A DNA stretch of 64,000 nt from an uncultured Planctomycetaceae bacterium (lineage in GTDB: Bacteria > Planctomycetota > Planctomycetia > Pirellulales > PALSA-1355), in assembly GCA_963785305.1 (NCBI GenBank), contig CAWAUV010000009.1:477762-541761 (forward strand), given 5' to 3'. The translations under genes and the position numbers were made by a program. Under the pieces are notes generated by a model, which saw nothing but the letters and a program-made list of their open reading frames with translations, had not been told where the DNA came from and made no database searches. Shown here in pieces: positions 12,164 through 20,997 of this stretch; the stretch's first letter is position 1; every line of letters starts with the position of its first letter.

Positions 12164-14098
12164 ATCGCGGTAGGGATGGCCCTTTCGGGCCACCCCCCGC
12201 ACAGATCCGTACGTGCGGAACTACCGCATACGGCTCCTACCTTGGATACAAACGACCAAACCGCACTTCGGGATAAGGATGCAGGATTTTCGGGGTGGGA
12301 AGCCATCGTTTGCAAAGCTGCGAGAACTTCCGCCAGGTCATCCGGCGTCCGCGTTGGCTGCGTCGCCGCAGCATGCGGAGCCAGAGTTTCTGGAGCGCCG
12401 TGCGGAATTGTTGCAATCGCACCGAGTTGCCGGGAATCGCATGGTAATTGAGCCATCCCCGGTAAACGCTCGATAGCCATGGCCCGACTTGCGCCAAGTC
12501 CATGTGCATTTTCCCGCGCAGCGCTTCTTTCAGTTCGCGCAGTTTGCCACGAAACTTCTTGGCCGATGAGATGCGGCGAATGGTGAATTCGCCCTTCCGG
12601 GTCACGCCACTGATGTGGGTGAAGCCCAGGAAGTCGAATGTCTCCGGTGGGCCATCGCCACGCTTCGATCGTCGTTCGGCCGCATAGCGTCCGAACTCGA
12701 TCAGCCGCGTCTTCTCCGGGTGCGGTTCCAAACCGAATTTGGTGAAGCGTTCCCGGAGCGCCGCCAGGCAGCGTCGCGCGTCGGACTCCTCGCGGAATCC
12801 GACTACGAAATCATCCGCATAGCGCACGATGATGACCTCGCCCACGGCATGGCGTTTCCGCCACGCCACCAGCCACAGGTCCAGAACATAGTGCAAGAAC
12901 ACGTTCGAATAGAGCGGCGAAATCACCGCTCCTTGAGGTGTTCCCACGGTGCTCGGGGACCATTCGCCATCTTCCGACACTCCGGCTCGAAGCCATTTCT
13001 TCAGCAGCCGAAGCAGTCGTCGGTCGGCGATCCGATGCTCCAGGAACTTCATCAACCATGCGTGGTCGATGTTGTCGAAGAAGCCGCGGATGTCCGCATC
13101 CAAAATCCAGTTCACTTTCCGCTTCTTGATGCCCACGTAGAGCGCGTCCAAGGCTCGGTGACAGCTTCGTCCAGGACGAAAGCCGTAACTGAAACCCAGA
13201 AAGTCCTCTTCGTAGATGCACTCCAGGATCGTCCGTACGGCTTGCTGGACGATCTTGTCCTCCAGCGCCGCGATCCCGAGGGGCCGCGGCTTGCCGTCGA
13301 GCTTGGGAATCCAAGTTCGCTTGGACGGCCTGGCTCGATAGGCTCCCCGATGGATTCGACTGTGCGGATCGTCGATCCGCGTTTCGAAATCGGTGGCGTA
13401 TTGAGCCCATGTCAGGCCATCGACGCCGGGCGCGGCTTGCTTCTTCAGGTCGAAGAAACTCGCCACCAGCAGTTCGGGCGTGACATGGTTCAGCAGATTG
13501 TTGAACCGCATCTTCTTGTCGCGTTGTGCCGCTTCTCGCACGCCCAGCAGTCCGCGCGACCTGGGAGCCCGGCGTGTGTCCGGTCCAGTAGCGACTGCTC
13601 GGCGTTCTCCTCGGTCAGCTCCCTTCCCTCCACGGGCTCCGCCGACAGCGGCACGCTGTCGTTGTTCGCCTGCTTCTTTGGTACTATGGAACTGTCTGAC
13701 TCCCCGGGAACGTGCATGTCGGACTTGTGGCCTCGCGCCTTCTCCGACCGATCCGCTTCAAGCGAAGCGGATGTTCCCGGGATCTCCCGGCTTCCGCGAG
13801 AAAAGTTTCCGGCCGTGCGGGTGGTCCCGGACTCCGTGGGGGAGACGTCGGACTCGCCATGATCGTTCGACATCACTGTTGCCTTCCCGCATGAATCGAG
13901 CGACGGGGTCAGGACAAGGTCGGCCGCCACAAAAGAATGTTTTCGGAGCTCGATACACCGCCCGGCCGTGCCTCTGTGAACGCTTCGCCCTGCCAGTTGC
14001 CCGACACGACGCATCACTCGAGGCCGAGGTGGCTGGCTAGGCCTTGCCTCGTGCGACTCTTTCATTCGCTACTCTCCTCCGGCTTCGCGCCGGCGCAC
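12164..14098 (-). mobile_element. Group II intron, copy 1 (1935 nt)
   Basis: 5' GTGCG at 14098; domain V GAGCCGTATGCGGTAGTTCCGCACGTACGGATCTGTGCGGGG; domain VI hairpin ending ...CCTACCGCGAT at 12164; RT ORF inside. Confidence 0.95.
12237..13541 (-). CDS. Group II intron reverse transcriptase/maturase (no endonuclease domain)
   Basis: AAPGVDG, RPLGIAALEDKIVQ, SYGFRPGRSCH, GTPQGAVISP, RYADDF, FDFLGF and domain X (GWLNYH). Confidence 0.95.
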   Translation of the reverse strand: MREAAQRDKKMRFNNLLNHVTPELLVASFFDLKKQAAPGVDGLTWAQYATDFETRIDDPHSRIHRGAYRARPSKRTWIPKLDGKPRPLGIAALEDKIVQQAVRTILECIYEEDFLGFSYGFRPGRSCHRALDALYVGIKKRKVNWILDADIRGFFDNIDHAWLMKFLEHRIADRRLLRLLKKWLRAGVSEDGEWSPSTVGTPQGAVISPLYSNVFLHYVLDLWLVAWRKRHAVGEVIIVRYADDFVVGFREESDARRCLAALRERFTKFGLEPHPEKTRLIEFGRYAAERRSKRGDGPPETFDFLGFTHISGVTRKGEFTIRRISSAKKFRGKLRELKEALRGKMHMDLAQVGPWLSSVYRGWLNYHAIPGNSVRLQQFRTALQKLWLRMLRRRSQRGRRMTWRKFSQLCKRWLPTPKILHPYPEVRFGRLYPR

Positions 14099-14581
14099 CC
14101 TGACCCCTTTGGATTGTTCCGCCGAATAGCGATTTAACCACCGTGCCCAATAATCCGGGAAATGCCTACCGCCCCGATTCAGGACTTCTTCAACAATAAC
14201 ATCACCTGTGCGGCCATCGCAAAGTTCCATAACTAGCCGGAAGCGAACAGCATTTTGGTCATTTAAGGGTAAATCGAATCCGCTGTTAGCAAGCAAGCGA
14301 AGTAGTTCTCTGGTGAAGCCGTCGATGCACTCCTGCGCAAATTGATAAGCCATTTCCCGATGAGCTGGATTAAGTTCGGCTAGATGGTCGTATGGCACAC
14401 GGAAAACTGTGGCAAGTTGCTCTCTTGCTTGCGTGGACTCGATCAACCTACGCTTGTCATTCAAGACGAGATTGCGCATCCAGAACACGTATTGCCCAAA
14501 GATTCCAACTAATGCTTCGTGACGTTCGTTTCGATCAGTCGGAAGTTGGTCGAGCGTTATTGTTATCGTTGGGGGGCGCAT
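14069..14581 (-). CDS. Putative immunity protein of the adjacent polymorphic toxin; 3' end runs into intron 1
   Basis: Lower-GC 170-aa ORF starting just after the toxin stop. Its last codons (SKGVR|VRRR) are formed by the end motif and the intron start. The immunity role is inferred from position. Confidence 0.6.
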   Translation of the reverse strand: MRPPTITITLDQLPTDRNERHEALVGIFGQYVFWMRNLVLNDKRRLIESTQAREQLATVFRVPYDHLAELNPAHREMAYQFAQECIDGFTRELLRLLANSGFDLPLNDQNAVRFRLVMELCDGRTGDVIVEEVLNRGGRHFPDYWARWLNRYSAEQSKGVRVRRREAGGE

Positions 14582-14595
14582 TATGAGGGCTACCT

Positions 14596-15448
14596 CTATC
14601 TGTGAAGGGGCATGTAATCATAGGGATGAGTGTCTTTATTGAGATCGATCAATTCTTGCAGCGCCGAATTTGGCGCGTTTGTGTTGTTGCGCAGACTCCG
14701 AATCTCATCCGCTAGAAGGTCTCGCGCGCTCGCGGGAGCGCTTTGCGCGGGCCTGCGCGGCCGTCACAGCTTCATGCTCAGAGGTTGGTAATCGGATTGC
14801 CGGCTCGTTGCCGACAGTATTAACGGGATTAAACTCGCCAATCACAGATTCCGCCTGCCTCGACTGCGGAGCGTGATTTACTTGAGTGCCGGGGACAGGA
14901 TTCTTGCGCAGGTCTTTTGCCCGACCAACATCATAGACGCCCTTGCCCGTGTTACTTGGAGCGCCGGTTGTCGTTGGCAGGCAGTCGTCGGGACCTCCAT
15001 TATGCGTGAGGATGTGGTTGTTGCCAACGGCGTAGTTATGCAGTCCGTCGACATGCAGGTTGAATACCTCGGTCGCCTCGAATCGTAGTTCAAGCTCGGT
15101 AATCGCCTCGATCCGCCCATCTTGAAGCAGCAGTTCGTCGCCGATCCGCAGGTCGCCAGCGTCGACCCAGCGGCTTGGCCCCGCAGCGGACGGTTCGTCC
15201 GGATGCGGCGCAAGGTGCGCGGCCGCTCGTCCAGGGATTCGCCGCGGACCACCCAGAAAGGATGCGTCGCCGTGGCGCGAAGTTCCTCACCCGCCGCGCG
15301 GAACCGCGCCATTAAGCCCGCATGATCCGAGCGGACCGTGCGCAGCACTTCGCGCAGCTCCCAGCGGTCATCGCGAAGGTTGCGAGCCCAGACTCGCTGA
15401 CCCACGCTGATTTGTTCGATCGGCTTGAGCCCAGTTTCGCTCGCGGAG
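14596..15448 (-). pseudogene. Orphan polymorphic toxin C-terminus: HINT domain plus HNH/EndoVII-like (Tox-SHH-related) nuclease; 5'-truncated, frameshifted
   Basis: GLKPIEQISVGQRVWA, ATATHPFWV, WVDAGDLRIGDEL, VFNLHVDGLHNYAVGNNHILTHN (HINT end). Then VNHAPQ...PAIRLPTSEHEAVT...ARDLLADEIRSLRNNTNAPNSALQELIDLNK, with a stop at 14596. Confidence 0.8.
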
Positions 15449-15700
15449 AAAAAGGGGACGCGAGTCGATAGTGACGTTGGGGGCGAGCGGAATTAGCCTG
15501 GCGGGATGCCGCGGATCGCTCGTTATGCGCCGAAGTGATTGATTTACCATGCGTTGAACCGCTCGTGTCCTTCCGGCGAACCTGCGTGAATTGGTCGGAG
15601 CGGTTTGCTAGCGTGGGGAGGTGGTCCCAAATGCTAGCGAGGTGGGCGATGCGTGACGGCGGACGGCGGCACGGCCAGCGCATATCAAACTTGTTTCCCG
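15449..15700 (+). mobile_element. Degenerate Y1/HUH (RAYT-like) transposase remnant with left-end motif AAAAAGGGGACGCGAGTC
   Basis: ATG at 15506 reads MPRIARYAPK*LIYHALNRS, the MPR..R...YHxLNR N-terminus of this family. Sequence after it is degenerate. Confidence 0.6.
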
Positions 15701-15718
15701 GTGAGGACTTGGGTGAGG

Positions 15719-17637
15719 GTGCGCCGGCGCGAAGCCGGAGGAGAGTAGCGAATGAAAGAGTCGCACGAGGCAAGGCCTAGCCAGCCACCTCGGCCTCGAG
15801 TGATGCGTCGTGTCGGGCAACTGGCAGGGCGAAGCGTTCACAGAGGCACGGCCGGGCGGTGTATCGAGCTCCGAAAACATTCTTTTGTGGCGGCCGACCT
15901 TGTCCTGACAAAGGGAAGGCAACAGTGATGTCGAACGATCATGGCGAGTCCGACGTCTCCCCCACGGAGTCCGGGACCACCCGCACGGCCGGAAACTTTT
16001 CTCGCGGAAGCCGGGAGATCCCGGGAACATCCGCTTCGCTTGAAGCGGATCGGTCGGAGAAGGCGCGAGGCCACAAGTCCGACATGCACGTTCCCGGGGA
16101 GTCAGACAGTTCCATAGTACCAAAGAAGCAGGCGAACAACGACAGCGTGCCGCTGTCGGCGGAGCCCGTGGAGGGAAGGGAGCTGACCGAGGAGAACGCC
16201 GAGCAGTCGCTACTGGACCGGACACACGCCGGGCTCCCAGGTCGCGCGGACTGCTGGGCGTGCGAGAAGCGGCACAACGCGACAAGAAGATGCGGTTCAA
16301 CAATCTGCTGAACCATGTCACGCCCGAACTGCTGGTGGCGAGTTTCTTCGACCTGAAGAAGCAAGCCGCGCCCGGCGTCGATGGCCTGACATGGGCTCAA
16401 TACGCCACCGATTTCGAAACGCGGATCGACGATCCGCACAGTCGAATCCATCGGGGAGCCTATCGAGCCAGGCCGTCCAAGCGAACTTGGATTCCCAAGC
16501 TCGACGGCAAGCCGCGGCCCCTCGGGATCGCGGCGCTGGAGGACAAGATCGTCCAGCAAGCCGTACGGACGATCCTGGAGTGCATCTACGAAGAGGACTT
16601 TCTGGGTTTCAGTTACGGCTTTCGTCCTGGACGAAGCTGTCACCGAGCCTTGGACGCGCTCTACGTGGGCATCAAGAAGCGGAAAGTGAACTGGATTTTG
16701 GATGCGGACATCCGCGGCTTCTTCGACAACATCGACCACGCATGGTTGATGAAGTTCCTGGAGCATCGGATCGCCGACCGACGACTGCTTCGGCTGCTGA
16801 AGAAATGGCTTCGAGCCGGAGTGTCGGAAGATGGCGAATGGTCCCCGAGCACCGTGGGAACACCTCAAGGAGCGGTGATTTCGCCGCTCTATTCGAACGT
16901 GTTCTTGCACTATGTTCTGGACCTGTGGCTGGTGGCGTGGCGGAAACGCCATGCCGTGGGCGAGGTCATCATCGTGCGCTATGCGGATGATTTCGTAGTC
17001 GGATTCCGCGAGGAGTCCGACGCGCGACGCTGCCTGGCGGCGCTCCGGGAACGCTTCACCAAATTCGGTTTGGAACCGCACCCGGAGAAGACGCGGCTGA
17101 TCGAGTTCGGACGCTATGCGGCCGAACGACGATCGAAGCGTGGCGATGGCCCACCGGAGACATTCGACTTCCTGGGCTTCACCCACATCAGTGGCGTGAC
17201 CCGGAAGGGCGAATTCACCATTCGCCGCATCTCATCGGCCAAGAAGTTTCGTGGCAAACTGCGCGAACTGAAAGAAGACGCTGCGCGGGAAAATGCACAT
17301 GGACTTGCGCAAGTCGGGCCATGGCTATCGAGCGTTTACCGGGGATGGCTCAATTACCATGCGATTCCCGGCAACTCGGTGCGATTGCAACAATTCCGCA
17401 CGGCGCTCCAGAAACTCTGGCTCCGCATGCTGCGGCGACGCAGCCAACGCGGACGCCGGATGACCTGGCGGAAGTTCTCGCAGCTTTGCAAACGATGGCT
17501 TCCCACCCCGAAAATCCTGCATCCTTATCCCGAAGTGCGGTTTGATCGTTTGTATCCAAGGTAGGAGCCGTATGCGGTAGTTCCGCACGTACGGATCTGT
17601 GCGGGGGGTGGCCCGAAAGGGCCATCCCTACCGCGAT
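15719..17637 (+). mobile_element. Group II intron, copy 2 (1919 nt), inverted relative to copy 1
   Basis: GTGCG at 15719, same domain V/VI, ends CCGCGAT at 17637. Near-identical to copy 1. Confidence 0.95.
16260..17564 (+). CDS. Group II intron reverse transcriptase/maturase
   Basis: Same RT motifs as copy 1. Differs by a short compensated frameshift near 17276-17310 and one residue near the C-terminus. Confidence 0.95.
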   Translation: MREAAQRDKKMRFNNLLNHVTPELLVASFFDLKKQAAPGVDGLTWAQYATDFETRIDDPHSRIHRGAYRARPSKRTWIPKLDGKPRPLGIAALEDKIVQQAVRTILECIYEEDFLGFSYGFRPGRSCHRALDALYVGIKKRKVNWILDADIRGFFDNIDHAWLMKFLEHRIADRRLLRLLKKWLRAGVSEDGEWSPSTVGTPQGAVISPLYSNVFLHYVLDLWLVAWRKRHAVGEVIIVRYADDFVVGFREESDARRCLAALRERFTKFGLEPHPEKTRLIEFGRYAAERRSKRGDGPPETFDFLGFTHISGVTRKGEFTIRRISSAKKFRGKLRELKEDAARENAHGLAQVGPWLSSVYRGWLNYHAIPGNSVRLQQFRTALQKLWLRMLRRRSQRGRRMTWRKFSQLCKRWLPTPKILHPYPEVRFDRLYPR

Positions 17638-18039
17638 ACTCATTGATTTTGCTGGCGGTTGTTGGTTGGCTGGCGGACATGCCACGAGGCGACGAAGCTG
17701 GCGGCGTCTACCATGCCCTGAATCGAGCGAATGCCCGGGCCAAGATATTCCGCGACGACGCGGATTACGCAGCCTTCGAGCGAGTGCTCGGCGAAGGGCT
17801 CGCGCGACATGCCGGCGGGTTGTTCGCTTACCAGTTGATACCCAGCCACCGGCGCCGCTGGCGGAACGAGATCTCGCCGCATTGCGCGGCGAGGGTCTCC
17901 CTTCGGCGAGCCGACTTGGACCGAAGCGACGGCAAGGCGCCCGCGGCTGACCTCGACCCTAGGACCTCGTGGTCGTCCGCAAGTCCATTTTTCCGATACG
18001 GCTCCCGACCCTACACCAAACAATGAGTCCTGACCCGTT
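17638..18039 (+). mobile_element. Internally deleted Y1/HUH (RAYT-like) transposase element bounded by inverted end motifs
   Basis: MPRGDEAGGVYHALNRANARAKIFRDDADYAAFERVL...FAYQLIPSH (degenerate MPNH), then TSTLGPRGRPQVHF. Left end GG|ACTCATTG (intron-split); intact right end CAATGAGTCCTGACCCG at 18021-18037. Confidence 0.75.
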
Positions 18040-18041
18040 AG

Positions 18042-18449
18042 AATTCTCTAGAGGCTTCGATAGGAAGGCGCAGAGACGATTACGTTTCGTCGATTGAGCA
18101 GAAGATCAAAGCCCAAAATGGAAAAATCGAATTCACGGAAGGGCAAAAGAAGCGAAAAGAAGGGATCATAGCGAAGGAAGAAAACAACATTAGTACCAGA
18201 GCATACAAGCCCAATGTACTTTTGAAACAGCCGCTCACTGTTGCGGAGCTGAGAAGGCGATTAGGAGGTCCAGATTCCATCATCAATGACAAGTTTACTC
18301 ATCAGGTCTGGATTTATAATTTCAGCGACGGGCGAATTATGGTACCGGTCAGTGGCGCTGACGACTCTTCGCCCGCCAATAATTCGGGTGATGTATCCAA
18401 AGACTCCACGAAAGTCTCTTTGAATCCCCATGATATTCAAATGCTTTGA
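18042..18449 (+). pseudogene. 5'-truncated hypothetical ORF
   Basis: The frame is open from 18042, just after the end motif, with no ATG start: ...IEQKIKAQNGKIEF...LTVAELRRRLGGPDSI...QVWIYNFSDG. Low GC. Confidence 0.5.
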
Positions 18450-18467
18450 TGTAGCCATTGATTATGA

Positions 18468-19319
18468 TTACATTCTTGCTAGGAGATCGGCTTTTTTCTT
18501 TTCAAATTCCTCGGTCGTGAGAATCCCTTTTTCTCGGAGCGCCGATAGCTTTTCAATTTGAGCGGGAATGTCGTTGTGCTCGTTACGTGGTGTGTCGCTT
18601 GACTGCCGGAGAAACTTTTCAAAAATGCCGTGGTTCCTCATTCGATCAATTAGCACTTGGCACCTTTTGGCTTGCCCCATAACAGTTATGCCCGATAGCA
18701 TTTCGAGCCGAAGAAGAATGTCCTTTGCGTTGTCGTCCTGGTACTTAATGTGGATGTTGTTCTGCTGGTTCAATTGGCGAGAGTTTAGCCCGCCAAGAAT
18801 TCCCTCGACCGTCCCCACTTTTCTTTCGACAATATCTAGCGCAAGAGTCTTGTTGAATGGAATAACCAATCCCTTGAACCAACCTTTCGACCCAAGTGTC
18901 GGTTTGAACTCAAACCGGTCGCTAAACATCTTCAAATCGATCATTCCTGCCTTTTCCTTCGGGTAGTCGGGATGGCCGCCTCGGTAAACCACTGAATACG
19001 ATTCGATTAAATCTGTGTCCGACGACCTACCACCAAACAACGAACCGAACAATCCCCTTGCTTCCTCCGCGCGTTTTGCAAATGGGATGCTATCCATGAA
19101 TTCCATAGCTGCCGGTTCGGGAACCGCTTCCGCAGAAATTGGAACGGGAATAGGTGGCCCTGCGGTGGCCGGCGGTAGCGGTGGTGCGGTTGGTCGTGGT
19201 GCGGACGCGGTAAGAACGAACTGTCCCCGGCACTTCGGGCAGGCAGCTTTTTTTCCGAGATGCTCGATTAGAACATGGGCAATCTTTCCGCACACGGGAC
19301 ACTGAACCTCGACCTTCAT
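18468..19319 (-). CDS. Zinc-ribbon / SHOCT domain protein
   Basis: N-terminal CPVCGK...CPKC, Pro-rich linker and C-terminal QIEKLSALREKGILTTEEFEKKKADLL (SHOCT). Confidence 0.8.
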   Translation of the reverse strand: MKVEVQCPVCGKIAHVLIEHLGKKAACPKCRGQFVLTASAPRPTAPPLPPATAGPPIPVPISAEAVPEPAAMEFMDSIPFAKRAEEARGLFGSLFGGRSSDTDLIESYSVVYRGGHPDYPKEKAGMIDLKMFSDRFEFKPTLGSKGWFKGLVIPFNKTLALDIVERKVGTVEGILGGLNSRQLNQQNNIHIKYQDDNAKDILLRLEMLSGITVMGQAKRCQVLIDRMRNHGIFEKFLRQSSDTPRNEHNDIPAQIEKLSALREKGILTTEEFEKKKADLLARM

Positions 19320-19339
19320 ACGTCTACTCCTCAGTAAGT

Positions 19340-20783
19340 GGCTCTTCCGTTTCCGAGTGTTTTGCTTGGGGATTCGGGATGGTTTTCTGGCGTTCGGGGG
19401 TTGGTCGGGTAGAATGGCGTGGAGGAGGCCGGGCGAGTCTCGATTTTACCTGAATGGAGTGGAGCCATGAATAGCGTCGCCGTCGAGATTGAAATGGATT
19501 TTCCGGACGGGGTGGCCGTCCGCGGCTACGAGCGTCATCAAGGCGCTCATGTGTTCGAGGTGGCCTTCGAGCTGCCCGAGCGCTGCGTGTGCCCAAAATG
19601 CCGGCACGAGGCGGCGGCGCAGCTTCGCGAGAAAGATGAAGTGCTCGCCATCCGCGACCTGGACCTGATGCGCGAGCCGACATTCTGGACCTATCGGCCG
19701 TTCTTGCATCAATGTCCCAAGTGCCGGCAGCGGACGCAGGTCGGGACGCCGTTCAAGCGTCCGCGCGTGACTTACACCTATCGTTTCGAGCAGTTCGTGT
19801 TCGAGCAACTGGTGGGCACGAGCGTCGAGGAGGTGGCGCGGCGCCTGGGCATCTCCGCCGAGACGGTCGAACGCATCCTGGAGTGGCGCCTGACGAGCGA
19901 GCGCGCCATTTCGCCCGAGCGCGTGATCACCAGCGTGGGTCTCGACGAATTGAGTCTCAAGAAACGACACAAGTTGTACGCCACGGTGCTCAGCGATCTA
20001 TCCGATCCGAAGCATCCGCGAATTCTGGCGGTGGCCAAGGGTCGAGACCGCGAGGCGACCGAGGCCTGCCTGGCCAAGCTTTCGCCGGAGCAACGGGCCC
20101 AAGTCGTCTCGCATCGCACGGACATGAGCGCCGTGTATCCGGAAGTCTGCAAAAGCTGGCTGCCGAACAGCCAGTTGGTGGTCGATCGTTTTCATGTCGC
20201 GAAGAAGCTGGGCGAGATCGTGGACCGCGTGAGAAAAAAACACGCCATTTTAAGCTAGCACTCTCGCGGGCCGAGCGCAAGAAATTCCGTAGCCGCATGT
20301 GGCTCTACCGCGTCCGCCGCGAGGACTTGACCCCGGAGCAACAAACCGAGTTGGACGACCTGCTGACCACGATTCCGGAACTGCAACAGGCTTATCATTT
20401 CCGGGAGGAAGTGGCGGAGATCTTCGATGGGTCGCGGGACCGCGAGGAAGCATCGCGGCGACTGGAGGAGCTGCGCGAAATGGTGTCGGGCGAGCCGGAG
20501 TTGCTCCAATGGTTCGCGCTCTACGATCGCTGGCGCGACGGCATCCTGGCGTACCTGGACCGCCGCGAGACGAGCGGCCCGGTGGAAGGCCTGAACAACA
20601 AGGCGCGGGTCATCACGCGGCGTAGTTATGGGATCAAGAACACCGATAGTTTGTGGAAACGCTTGGTGCTGGACATCAACCACTTCCACGCCGCCACCCG
20701 CCGCCGCGTGCCCGACCTCCACGCCCTGGCCCGCGCCATCCAAGCAAGATTCCGGGCTTATTACATTTAGAAACGGAAGAGCC
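19340..20783 (+). mobile_element. ISL3-family insertion sequence; transposase 19467-20770 in two frames
   Basis: IRs GGCTCTTCCGTTTC / GAAACGGAAGAGCC; CPKC zinc finger, GLDE, TDMS, VDRFHV, TSGPVEGLNNKAR. Frame change at AAAAAAAC (20234-20241). Confidence 0.9.
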
Positions 20784-20914
20784 GAAGATGAAACGTCATA
20801 ACGGGGCGGCATGCCGGCCTCGTCGGATTCAGATCGTATGTCAGCCATCAAAACGCGTCGAGAATCGGTCGACACAAGGCGACGTTTGGATTATCGCTTG
20901 CCGCGAATATAGCG

Positions 20915-20960
20915 AAAAAGCCCGCCGGAGGCCAAGTTCGTTGGCGCTTCCAGCGGGCTT
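20915..20960 (-). terminator. Probable intrinsic terminator of pnp
   Basis: aagcccgc...gcgggctt stem followed by a T-run on the minus strand, just after the pnp stop. Confidence 0.55.
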
Positions 20961-20997
20961 CGATTTTTCTAAGAACAACGTAACGAGTCTGATCGAG

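Noticed and set aside
12237..17564. RTs as DGR, retron or CRISPR-associated RTs
   Set aside because: YADD motif, domain X, GTGCG 5' end and domain V/VI identify group II introns. No TR/VR pair, msr-msd or cas genes are visible.
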